This document shows, piece after piece, positions 32,330 to 43,346 of a DNA stretch of 49,371 nt (the first letter of the stretch is position 1; the number at the start of each line of letters is the position of its first letter). The notes under the pieces were generated by a model. It worked only from the letters and a program-made list of their open reading frames with translations, was not told the origin of the DNA and ran no database searches. Origin of the DNA: Bacteroidales bacterium (lineage in GTDB: Bacteria; Bacteroidota; Bacteroidia; Bacteroidales; UBA1715); contig JAWOEL010000060.1 in assembly GCA_046482735.1 (NCBI GenBank), positions 1-49,371 on the forward strand. The letters run 5' to 3'. Both the position numbers and the translations under genes were made by a program.

Positions 32330-33829
32330 ATGAAAGTTTTTTCAGCATCTCAAATTCGTGAAATTGATTCGTTTACAATTAAGCATGAACCTATAGCTTC
32401 GATTGATTTAATGGAACGTGCTGCTCATTCTTTTGTAAATGAAATGGTTTGTGAAACGTGTAATTATACCATGTTTTGTGTGTTGGCTGGTACCGGAAAT
32501 AACGGTGGAGACGGTTTGGCTGTTGCTCGTATATTAGCTTCGTACAACAAAGAGGTAGTTGTGTTTACTCAATTTAAGAAAACGTCGAAATCGGTTGATT
32601 ATGAAACAAATATTGAGTCGTTAAAAAGCTGTGAAAATGTTGCTGTATATGATTTAAAGGATTTTTTGGATTATTCTCCGCATTCTGATGTTGTAATTGT
32701 TGACGCTCTTTTTGGTACAGGATTATCTCGTCCTGTTAAAGGTATATATGCCGATGTAATTGAGTATGCAAACACTTTAGTGAATAGAGTATATGCTATA
32801 GATATTCCTTCCGGCTTATATTGTGATAAACCAAATAGTGAGAATGATGTAATTGTGGAGGCTAACGTTACGATTTCATTTCAGTTTCCGAAATATACTT
32901 TTTTCTTTTCTGAGAATGAAAAATTCCTTGGTTCATGGCGTATATGTGATATAGGTTTACATAACAACGTAATATCGTCTATGCACACTACTATATTGTA
33001 TGTAGATTATGGTATGGTACCGTTACAACATCGCAAATCTTTTTCTCATAAAGGTACGTATGGTCATGCATGTGTTGTGGCCGGATCTGTTGGTAAAAGT
33101 GGTGCTGCGGTATTGGCTGCATCATCTTGTTTAAAAGCCGGTGCAGGACTCGTTTCGGTGTGTGTGCCTGATGATGCTAAACAGGCTTTGTTAACGAGTT
33201 TTCCTGAAATTATGACTGTTCCGTATACAGAAAATCTTTTTTCATCTATCCAGTTTTCTTCGGTTGGTATTGGTCCAGGGATAGGCGTTTCGAGTCAATC
33301 AGTGAAAATAGTACGTACAATTTTACAATTATCTGTACCAAAGGTATTGGATGCAGATGCATTAAATTGTATTGCTCAAAATAAGGATTTATTGCATTAT
33401 TGTAATGATTCTGTAGTACTTACTCCTCATCCAGGAGAGTTTGATAGATTAACTCATGAACATCATTCAGGGTATGAACGAGTACAGACACAATCAGCAT
33501 TTGCTCAAAAACATGGCTGTTATGTGCTTTTAAAAGGTGCTTACTCTTCTTTGTGTACACCGGATGGGTATATTTATTTTAATAGTACTGGAAACCCCGG
33601 CATGGCTACGGCAGGCTCAGGAGATGTCTTAACGGGAATAGTAACTTCTTTGCTTTCGCAGGGATATTCGCAACTTGATGCTGCCATAAGTGCTATGTTT
33701 GTGCATGGTTTAGCAGGTGATATCGCGTTGCACAAAGAATCTTATGAATCTTTAATTGCACAGAGTATTATTACTAATTTATCGGCTTCGTTTAATAAAA
33801 TCAGAGCTAAGAATAATACATTTGTGTAA
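32330..33829 (+). CDS. nnr: Bifunctional NAD(P)H-hydrate epimerase/dehydratase (NnrE-NnrD)
   Basis: LMERAA, GNNGGDG, DALFGTG, HKGTYG, DADAL, TPHPGEF, ATAGSGDVL. Confidence 0.95.
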   Translation: MKVFSASQIREIDSFTIKHEPIASIDLMERAAHSFVNEMVCETCNYTMFCVLAGTGNNGGDGLAVARILASYNKEVVVFTQFKKTSKSVDYETNIESLKSCENVAVYDLKDFLDYSPHSDVVIVDALFGTGLSRPVKGIYADVIEYANTLVNRVYAIDIPSGLYCDKPNSENDVIVEANVTISFQFPKYTFFFSENEKFLGSWRICDIGLHNNVISSMHTTILYVDYGMVPLQHRKSFSHKGTYGHACVVAGSVGKSGAAVLAASSCLKAGAGLVSVCVPDDAKQALLTSFPEIMTVPYTENLFSSIQFSSVGIGPGIGVSSQSVKIVRTILQLSVPKVLDADALNCIAQNKDLLHYCNDSVVLTPHPGEFDRLTHEHHSGYERVQTQSAFAQKHGCYVLLKGAYSSLCTPDGYIYFNSTGNPGMATAGSGDVLTGIVTSLLSQGYSQLDAAISAMFVHGLAGDIALHKESYESLIAQSIITNLSASFNKIRAKNNTFV

Positions 33830-33876
33830 TGTTATATGTGTAAGTTTTGTATATTTATATTTTTTAAAATTAAGTT

Positions 33877-34170
33877 ATGTATATAACAAAAGAAAAATTT
33901 ATTGAATTTATTAAAAACAGGTATTTTTATACGTTTTTTGCTTTTATTATTTGGCTTGGATTCGTGGATCATAATAGTTTAATTGATCGGGTGAAAAAAA
34001 ATAATGAAAATGAAAGACTCAATGAGGTTAGACAATCTTATATACAAAATATTCATGAAACTGAGGAGCAAATGAAAGCAATGGAAGAAGAAGAGTATTT
34101 AGAAAAATTGGCACGTGAAAAATATATGATGAAAAAACATAATGAAGATATTTTTATTGTCACTGAATAA
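33877..34170 (+). CDS. ftsB: FtsB/DivIC septum formation initiator family protein
   Basis: TM, coiled coil, LEKLAREKYMMKK.NEDIF. Confidence 0.8.
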   Translation: MYITKEKFIEFIKNRYFYTFFAFIIWLGFVDHNSLIDRVKKNNENERLNEVRQSYIQNIHETEEQMKAMEEEEYLEKLAREKYMMKKHNEDIFIVTE

Positions 34171-34302
34171 TTTTATTTCTTTTATACATTTTTTATAGTC
34201 AGTTGAGTAATGTATATATTTGTGATGATTGTTTTGGTGTTGCAAACTATTATCTAAGAAAAAAACTGAGATACGGTATAATAATTAAATTACTATAAAC
34301 AT

Positions 34303-34806
34303 ATGAATTTATCTAAAATTAAACCAGAGTCAATATCTGACAATACGTTTTCATTAATAGCAAAGGATTGGATGTTAATAGCTTCCGGATCTAAAAACGA
34401 ACATAATTGCATGACTGCAAGTTGGGGTGGTTTTGGCGTTTTGTGGTTTAAAAATGTAGCGTTTGTTTTTATTCGGCCTCAACGACACACTTTAGAGTTC
34501 GTTAAAAATAATGATTATTTTACACTAAACTTTTTTGATAATACGTTTAAAGATGTATTGACCTATTGTGGGAAAAATAGTGGAAAACATGTAGATAAAA
34601 CTAAAGAATGTAATTTGTCACCGATAGAAACTGATAATAACAGTGTTGCATTTTCAGAGGCTCGTTTGATAGTCGAATGTAAAAAATTATATGCTGATTC
34701 ATTTACAAAAGAAGCTTTTGTAGATGAGTCATTATTAAAGCATTATGAAAAAAATGATTATCATATTATGTTTGTCGGTGAAATAGTAAATTGTTATGCA
34801 AAATAA
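34303..34806 (+). CDS. Flavin reductase-like family protein
   Basis: WMLI, NCMTASWGG, RPQRHT, SGK..DK, YHIMFVGEI. Confidence 0.85.
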   Translation: MNLSKIKPESISDNTFSLIAKDWMLIASGSKNEHNCMTASWGGFGVLWFKNVAFVFIRPQRHTLEFVKNNDYFTLNFFDNTFKDVLTYCGKNSGKHVDKTKECNLSPIETDNNSVAFSEARLIVECKKLYADSFTKEAFVDESLLKHYEKNDYHIMFVGEIVNCYAK

Positions 34807-34905
34807 ATTTAACTTGTAGAAAATATATATTCTTAACATGAATTTTATGTTTCGAAGTAAGAATAGAGATAAAATATGACCAATTAAATTAAATAAAATA
34901 AATAT

Positions 34906-35634
34906 ATGAGTGTATTACAGATATTGTTGCAGGCATCAGAAGCTATTACTCTTGGTGCAGATAGTATAAAAAATAGTCAGGCAGAGCCTGGAGTATCTAC
35001 GGCTTCGGAAAGTATTAATTTTTTGGAGCTCTCCCTAAAAGGTGGGTGGATTATGATACCAATTCTCATTTTGTCGGTGGTAGCAATTTATATTTTTATT
35101 GAGCGTTATATTGCTATTCAGAAAGCCGCACAAGAAGATGCAAGTTTTATGAAAGAAATACGTGATTATATTTTGCAAGGAAAAATTGAAGAAGCACGTA
35201 CTCGGTGTAGACATAACACGTCGCCTGTTGCTCTTATGATTGATAAAGGGATTTCTCGTGTTGGCAAACCTTTGAGTGATGTGCGTGAAGCTATAGAAAA
35301 TGTTGGCAAATTAGAGGTCTTTAAATTGGAAAAGGGATTACCGGCTCTGGCTACCGTTTCGGGAGCTGCACCTATGATTGGTTTTTTGGGTACGGTTATG
35401 GGTATGATTCGTGCTTTTTATGATATGGCAAATGCTGCAGGAGGTAATTTCAGTATATCTATGCTTTCTAATGGCATTTACACTGCTATGGTAACAACAG
35501 TTGCGGGGTTAATAGTTGGAGTTGTTGCTTATTTGTGTTACAATATTTTGGTAGCAAAAGTGGATAAGGTAGTTAATAAATTAGAGTTGAGAGCTACGGA
35601 ATTTATGGATTTACTTAATGAACCAACTGAATAA
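34906..35634 (+). CDS. exbB: MotA/TolQ/ExbB proton channel
   Basis: APMIGFLGTVMGMI, AMVTTVAGL. Confidence 0.9.
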   Translation: MSVLQILLQASEAITLGADSIKNSQAEPGVSTASESINFLELSLKGGWIMIPILILSVVAIYIFIERYIAIQKAAQEDASFMKEIRDYILQGKIEEARTRCRHNTSPVALMIDKGISRVGKPLSDVREAIENVGKLEVFKLEKGLPALATVSGAAPMIGFLGTVMGMIRAFYDMANAAGGNFSISMLSNGIYTAMVTTVAGLIVGVVAYLCYNILVAKVDKVVNKLELRATEFMDLLNEPTE

Positions 35635-35642
35635 TTAATATT

Positions 35643-36032
35643 ATGGCTATAGGATCACGAAATAAAGTAAATGCACAATTTAGTATGTCTTCTATGACAG
35701 ATATTGTGTTTTTGCTCTTAATATTTTTTATGGTAACATCTACTCAAATTGCACCAAATGGTTTGCAGGTAACTTTGCCTAAAAGTAGTTCGCAAATGTC
35801 TGATCGTCCGACTGTTTCTGTGTCTATTAATTCTGATTTGCAGTTTGCTATAAATACTGATATAGTGCCTTTTGAAGAAATTGAAACGCAACTGCAAAAT
35901 GAACTTCGTGGTACAAGTAATCCAACCATTGTTTTGCGTGTGGATACAAATGTTCCTACCGGCGAAACGGTAAAGATTATGGATATGGCTAACAGAAATA
36001 GATGGAAGTTTGTTCTGGCAACTAAACCTTAA
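35643..36032 (+). CDS. exbD: ExbD/TolR
   Basis: MTDIVFLLLIFFMVTS. Confidence 0.9.
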   Translation: MAIGSRNKVNAQFSMSSMTDIVFLLLIFFMVTSTQIAPNGLQVTLPKSSSQMSDRPTVSVSINSDLQFAINTDIVPFEEIETQLQNELRGTSNPTIVLRVDTNVPTGETVKIMDMANRNRWKFVLATKP

Positions 36033-36038
36033 TGTGGT

Positions 36039-36836
36039 ATGAAGTTTAATAATAGAAATATTAATGGTTTTGTTGGTACGGTGATATTTCACCTTGCTTT
36101 ATTGTTTATTTTATTGTCTTTTTCATTTACACCTGCTGAACAGGAATTTCCGGAACCTGAAGGTATAGTTGTTGATTTTGGTGAGATGGTAGAAGGTGAT
36201 CAGTCTGTGCAAGAAGAGACTGTTGAGCAAGAACAAACGGAAGAACAAGAAGAAGTTGAGCAAACTACAGAGGTTCCGTCGGAAGATGTGCCGGAACCGG
36301 ATGTGGCAACACAAGAGAATGAGAGTCCTGTTTCTGTGCAAGATTCACAAGCAGCAACTGAAGAGAAGGCTGATGTGCAAGAAGAAATATCTCGTGAAGA
36401 AAAAGAACGTATAGAGCGTGAACGTAAAGAGCAGGAAGAAAAAGAGCGTATTGATGCCATGTTTAATAATAAGTTTGATGGTCAATCTGGTAATTCTGAT
36501 TTTGGACAAGAATCGGGTGATCCTGGTGATTCTCGGTCTACTGCTGTTGGAGATCAAAAAGGTAGCCCCGGAAATCCTTATGGAAATTCTGATGCGACTT
36601 CGTGGTCCAAACCTGCAAATACTCAAAACTGTAATAAATCTATTCAATTAACCGTTCGCCTTGATAATTTAGGTAATGTTGTTGCTATTTCACAAATAGA
36701 AACTGCGTTAAGTGCACAAGGCTGTATTGATGCTGCTAAAAAAGCTGCTAAAAAGGTGAAATTCCCGTCTGATAAATCTACTATTGGTCCGCGATATGCG
36801 GTTATTACGTATGAATATACGATATCACGAAATTAA
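36039..36836 (+). CDS. TonB/TolA-like energy transducer
   Basis: N-terminal TM with His (IFHLALL), acidic linker, TonB-like C-domain; follows exbBD. Confidence 0.75.
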   Translation: MKFNNRNINGFVGTVIFHLALLFILLSFSFTPAEQEFPEPEGIVVDFGEMVEGDQSVQEETVEQEQTEEQEEVEQTTEVPSEDVPEPDVATQENESPVSVQDSQAATEEKADVQEEISREEKERIERERKEQEEKERIDAMFNNKFDGQSGNSDFGQESGDPGDSRSTAVGDQKGSPGNPYGNSDATSWSKPANTQNCNKSIQLTVRLDNLGNVVAISQIETALSAQGCIDAAKKAAKKVKFPSDKSTIGPRYAVITYEYTISRN

Positions 36837-38278
36837 TTGTTTTTAATGGTTTTCTCAATTTTATAATGTACTCCTGCGGGTAATAATATGTGTATGTGTA
36901 TGTGTTGATTCCTCCATATATTGCGTGTGTTGAGTATATGTTCTTCGGGAAAGGATATTTTTTTGGGGGTGACTTCAATAGTGGCACCTATGTTTTTTGC
37001 GTATAATTGTGCCCTTTTTTGGTTTTTTCCGCGAGATGTAGCCTTTACTATTATTGATAAACTGTCTTTGTCTGTGTGTATAATGTCGTACGAAGGTGTG
37101 TGGGTAACGTGCCATGCAGTGTCTGTTCTATATATATATGATTCATTGGGTAGTGATATTTGAAAGTTGTTTGTTTCATTATGTAATGAATTCTTTATTG
37201 GTGAAATTATAAATGGAGATGTTGTATCTTTGGCAAAATTGTATTGTTCGGTTATTGTTTCTTTATGTGAAAAGTTTGTGTATATATGATATATACTTAT
37301 TGCTCCCAGCACTGTGGCCGATATCCAAAGTAGGAATACAAAATGCTCAGGTGTTTTATTTTTTATAACACCAATTATAGTGCTTATACCATAAAAGAGT
37401 AAAATAATAGGAATGCATAATATGCAATAGAGACTTATAAGGAAATAATTTTTGTGTGCATGTGAAGTAATAATATAATCTAACAGTGAACTAATAGAAT
37501 TATGAAAGGTTGATAGTATATTATGGTTACTTAAAAAAAATGTATTATTGTGTAGTAGGATGTAACCTATTCCAGCTATAAATGAGACAAATAGTATTGC
37601 TCGCAGAATATATTGTAATCCACGAAAAAATGGAAAAGTGTGGTTATTAGTTTTTACGCTTTTTTTTTTACATGAATTTTTGATGTCATGTTCATATTTT
37701 GAATAGTGAGATTTTACGTTGTTAATCTCTTCTTTCACTTTTTGTTTTATATATTCTATGTCGAAATAGTTTCCATGCATATCTGCTCTTTGCGATGTTG
37801 TTTTTGCTTCGGGAATAATTATCCAGGCAACTATATATAATAGTGGCCCGGCAAAAAATATAGTGCAAAAAACGATAATTCTTATTAATACAACATCTGT
37901 GTTGAAATAGTGTGATAAACCGGCACATACGCCACCAAGAACCCTGTTTTGTGTGTCTCGATAAAGACGCTTGTGGTTGGTCTTTTTTTGGTATTCAGAT
38001 GAATTGTGTTCATCAGACATTCCAAATTCTTCAGGATTGCCCATTATTTCAATTATTTCTTCAATGTCGGTAATTGTTATTACCTGATTAGGGTGAGTTA
38101 TTTTAGAATATAAAAGTTCACAAATACGAGCTTCAATGTCTGTATAAATCTCATCGGCATTTTGTTCGTTTTGTATATATTGTTTTATGTTATTTAAATA
38201 TGTTTTGAGTATTTCATAAGCATCTTCGTCTATATGAAACATTGTACGGTTTAGATTGATTGATACTGTTTTTTTCAT
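36833..38278 (-). CDS. PspC domain-containing membrane protein
   Basis: MKKTVSINL..F.IDEDAY..L; RLYRD..NRVLGGVCAGLSHYF, YIVAWIIIPEA. Confidence 0.9.
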   Translation of the reverse strand: MKKTVSINLNRTMFHIDEDAYEILKTYLNNIKQYIQNEQNADEIYTDIEARICELLYSKITHPNQVITITDIEEIIEIMGNPEEFGMSDEHNSSEYQKKTNHKRLYRDTQNRVLGGVCAGLSHYFNTDVVLIRIIVFCTIFFAGPLLYIVAWIIIPEAKTTSQRADMHGNYFDIEYIKQKVKEEINNVKSHYSKYEHDIKNSCKKKSVKTNNHTFPFFRGLQYILRAILFVSFIAGIGYILLHNNTFFLSNHNILSTFHNSISSLLDYIITSHAHKNYFLISLYCILCIPIILLFYGISTIIGVIKNKTPEHFVFLLWISATVLGAISIYHIYTNFSHKETITEQYNFAKDTTSPFIISPIKNSLHNETNNFQISLPNESYIYRTDTAWHVTHTPSYDIIHTDKDSLSIIVKATSRGKNQKRAQLYAKNIGATIEVTPKKISFPEEHILNTRNIWRNQHIHIHILLPAGVHYKIEKTIKNN

Positions 38279-38613
38279 ATTGTATGTGAATTTTGTATGA
38301 TGTCGTCAACAGATATTTTTATGTTGTTCCATGAATGTTGTAATTCAAGTAAATGTTTTTTTCCTGATGTGGTTATAATGTAATATTTGCGTGGTGGACC
38401 ACTTTGTGATTCTTCCCATCTGTATGTAAGAAATCCCTCATTTTTGAGTCGGGTAAGTAGTGGATATAAAGTTCCTTCTACAATAAGAAGTTTTTTGCTT
38501 TTCATTGTTTGTATAATATCTGATGCATATACATCTTTGCCTGCTGTGATTGATAAAACACATAGTTCTAAAATGCCTTTTTTAATTTGTGACTTCGCGT
38601 TAGCCATATACAT
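38275..38613 (-). CDS. PadR family transcriptional regulator
   Basis: KGILELCVL, EGTLYPLLTRL, GPPRKYY. Confidence 0.95.
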   Translation of the reverse strand: MYMANAKSQIKKGILELCVLSITAGKDVYASDIIQTMKSKKLLIVEGTLYPLLTRLKNEGFLTYRWEESQSGPPRKYYIITTSGKKHLLELQHSWNNIKISVDDIIQNSHTI

Positions 38614-38625
38614 TGTTTATTAATA

Positions 38626-38668
38626 CAAATATATATAATATTTTTAGTACTATGTGTAATATAGTACT
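38626..38668 (-). promoter_or_regulatory. padR promoter (-7 box) and palindromic operator
   Basis: TAtaTTTG on minus strand (38626-33); AGTACTAT-N7-ATAGTACT (38646-68). Confidence 0.7.
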
Positions 38669-38710
38669 GAAAAATAATTTTTTTTCTGTATTTTGCACAA
38701 AAAAACAGAT

Positions 38711-39127
38711 ATGGAGATTTTAATACAATCAGAATTAGAAATAAAATCGGGAATTAAAGAGTTTGTAAAGCATATTCCTCGCGGTACAATATGTGCTATT
38801 TATGGAAATATGGGAGTAGGAAAAACTACCTGTATTAAAGAAATGTGTAGACAATTGGGAGTGATTGATGAGGTAACAAGTCCTACATTTGCAATAATTA
38901 ATGAATACAATACCTATACAAATGAGGTGATTTTTCATTTTGATTTATATCGTCTTGAGAGTATTGAAGAGGCTTACAATGTTGGGATAGAAGAGTATTT
39001 GTATAGTGGCAACACTTGTTTTATTGAGTGGCCAGAATTAATAGAATCCATATTACCTCCAACTACAATGAAAGTAAGTATAGAAGAAATAAATGGTGGA
39101 GCTCGAAAAATAGTAAACAAAATTTAA
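38711..39127 (+). CDS. tsaE: tRNA threonylcarbamoyladenosine biosynthesis ATPase
   Basis: GNMGVGKTT, VTSPTF, HFDLYRL, IEWPE. Confidence 0.96.
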   Translation: MEILIQSELEIKSGIKEFVKHIPRGTICAIYGNMGVGKTTCIKEMCRQLGVIDEVTSPTFAIINEYNTYTNEVIFHFDLYRLESIEEAYNVGIEEYLYSGNTCFIEWPELIESILPPTTMKVSIEEINGGARKIVNKI

Positions 39128-39238
39128 TATACTTGTTGAGTAGAGCATTATCATAGAAATAGTAGTGTGAAGTCAACATTATCTTCTTGTACTGATAATA
39201 TGGCTTTTATGCTGAGAAAATCGAATTTAGGTATGTTA

Positions 39239-40042
39239 TTAATTAAATAAAATAAGACTGAGAGCCATAACTATCATACCAATAATAAGTCCCCAAATAG
39301 TTCTGTGGTGTTCACCATATTCTTCTGCCATTGGTAATAGTTCATCTAAAGAAATATATACCATAATTCCTGCAACACCAGCAAAAATATATCCAAATAA
39401 AGAATCATTTAAATAGTTAAAAAGCAGATAATATCCTATAAGTGCACCTATAGGTTCGGATAAACCTGATAGAAACGATAAGCTAAAAGCCTTTTTTTTG
39501 TTTTTTGTAGCAAAATAAATGGGAGTGGAAATGGCAATACCTTCGGGTATATTATGAATAGCAATTGCTATGCCAATACCAATACCAAGTTGGGGGTCTT
39601 GCAGGGTGGCAAAAAATGTAGCTAAACCTTCAGGAAAATTATGTATGGCTATAGCAAGTGCGGAAAACATTCCCATTCTTTTGAGGCGTTTATGTTTTGC
39701 ATCTTTTTCGCTTATAATTCCTAATTTGTTAAACTCGTGCGGGTTTTCTGCAGATGGGATGAGTTTATCAATTAATGCTATGAGACCAACACCAGCAAAA
39801 AAAGCTATGGTTGTGAATATATATCCTTGTTTTTCACCATATACCGAAGTTAATGATTCGAGAGCTTTTGGAAAAATCTCTATAAATGAAACATATAGCA
39901 TAACTCCAGCAGAAAATCCTAAAATATATGCCAATATTTTCGGGTTAAAATCTTTTGATAATAATGACATAAGACTTCCAATACCCGTTGCAAGTCCTGC
40001 AAAAAGTGTTACGCCAAAAGCAAATAAAACGGTTGAATCCAT
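39239..40042 (-). CDS. zupT: ZIP family zinc/divalent metal transporter
   Basis: HNFPEG, HNIPEG, ENPHE, DELLP. Confidence 0.93.
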   Translation of the reverse strand: MDSTVLFAFGVTLFAGLATGIGSLMSLLSKDFNPKILAYILGFSAGVMLYVSFIEIFPKALESLTSVYGEKQGYIFTTIAFFAGVGLIALIDKLIPSAENPHEFNKLGIISEKDAKHKRLKRMGMFSALAIAIHNFPEGLATFFATLQDPQLGIGIGIAIAIHNIPEGIAISTPIYFATKNKKKAFSLSFLSGLSEPIGALIGYYLLFNYLNDSLFGYIFAGVAGIMVYISLDELLPMAEEYGEHHRTIWGLIIGMIVMALSLILFN

Positions 40043-40056
40043 ATAATTAGGTGTGT

Positions 40057-40652
40057 TTAAAAACCAAAACTAAATCCTAATGAAAAAATAATTCCACCGG
40101 GTATAATAAATGCCATTGTTTTTTTGAATTTTCGGTTAATTTTTTGTCACCTAATACTTTGTATTTATCTTCATGTTCTCCCACGAAATAAGAGTAGCCA
40201 CCTTCAATAAAAAATCTATGTTTATGAGATATATCCCAACTTCTTCCAACGGTAAACTGGGCATTAATTGTTGGATATAAATTAAGTGAAACTTCTGTTA
40301 TAGATCTGTCAGATAGTTCCAATTCAATTGGTATGTTTCTACCACCACCGGAGCGTTTAAATGTACCCCGAATATATAAATCAGTAGCTCGTGGAAGATA
40401 ATATTGGAGTTGGAGTGAGCCGATGTATCCCCAGCTGCCAATACCTCCACCAATTTCAAAAATTATATTTTCATGTATTTTTTTATACAATCCAATACCA
40501 AATATGCCAACAGAATTATTTATGCCGGTACTTCCGGTAATACCACTTGAACTGAATTTTTCATATTCATAAGCTTCAATAGTGTCATTTTGTGCCAATA
40601 CGTATGAGCTTGTACAGATAAAAAGAATAGCACTAACAATTAATTTTTTCAT
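40057..40652 (-). CDS. Putative outer-membrane beta-barrel protein with apparent frameshift at A7 run near the 3' end
   Basis: Signal peptide ending LA-Q; alternating beta strands. The -1 frame gives TMAFIIPGGIIFSLGFSFGF* (stop 40059-57); the zero frame stops at 40077. Confidence 0.7.
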
Positions 40653-40730
40653 AATTATGCAGTTTTAATTGTTAAATATAACAAATATAGAAACTTTTAT
40701 AGTGAAAAAAACATATAATTTTATTATAAA

Positions 40731-40772
40731 ATAAAAAAGAGGTTGTTTTTTTTAAACAACCTCTTTTTTTAT
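40731..40772. terminator. Terminator downstream of groL
   Basis: aaaaaagaggttgttt / aaacaacctctttttt inverted repeat. Confidence 0.85.
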
Positions 40773-40810
40773 GTGTATTTTTTGTGTAAAAGTTTAGAAA
40801 GTGTATGATT

Positions 40811-42756
<1,946 letters not shown>

Positions 42757-42802
42757 ATCTTTTATGTTTTTGTAATTTAACTTTAATTTTCGTTTCATCT
42801 AT

Positions 42803-42818
42803 AGCATGTTTTATGCCA
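42803..42818 (-). promoter_or_regulatory. Candidate sigma-54 (-24/-12) promoter of groES-groEL
   Basis: Minus strand TGGCATAAAACATGCT, GG-N10-GC. Confidence 0.6.
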
Positions 42819-42915
42819 TAGTGTTTTTTCTTCTTATTAAAGAACTTTTGTCAGTGTGGAGTATGCTCTTGTATTATTTTGTGGGAATTACTAATAGAAT
42901 TACCTGTTTTGACAT

Positions 42916-42955
42916 AAAAAAAATGTCAGCATGCGTGACATACTGACATTTTTTT
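42916..42955. terminator. Terminator after secG, overlapping TGACA repeats
   Basis: aaaaaaatgtcag ... ctgacattttttt inverted repeat. Confidence 0.7.
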
Positions 42956-42999
42956 GTATTTGTATTAATGGTATTTAAATCTAATGTGTTGTGTGAAAT

Positions 43000-43335
43000 T
43001 TAATTTTCTTCTTCTTGTAAAAAATCATCTGCTGTTTGAACGTCTTGAGGTATATTCATTTGTTCAGCAGGTGTATTCTCTTCAAAATAAGATTTTTTCT
43101 CAACTTGTTGTCTCTTTTCTAATGATGCAGTTGACATAAAACAGAAAAAAACAAGAGCAATAGCTAATGACCATGTTGCTTTTTCTAAAAAGTCAGTTTC
43201 TTTTTTTACTCCCATCATTTGACCCGATGCAGAAAAGTTTGAAGCAAGTCCTCCTCCTTTTGAGTTTTGAACAAGAACTATAAGTACTAATAAAATACTT
43301 GTGATAATGATTAAAATGTTAAAAACTAAATCCAT
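43000..43335 (-). CDS. secG: Preprotein translocase SecG
   Basis: VLVQNSKGGGLASNF, FLEKATW. Confidence 0.95.
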   Translation of the reverse strand: MDLVFNILIIITSILLVLIVLVQNSKGGGLASNFSASGQMMGVKKETDFLEKATWSLAIALVFFCFMSTASLEKRQQVEKKSYFEENTPAEQMNIPQDVQTADDFLQEEEN

Positions 43336-43346
43336 GATATCTATAA

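Noticed and set aside
42757-42999. CIRCE/HrcA operator upstream of groES
   Set aside because: No TTAGCACTC-N9-GAGTGCTAA; only a short imperfect gagtatgctc palindrome.
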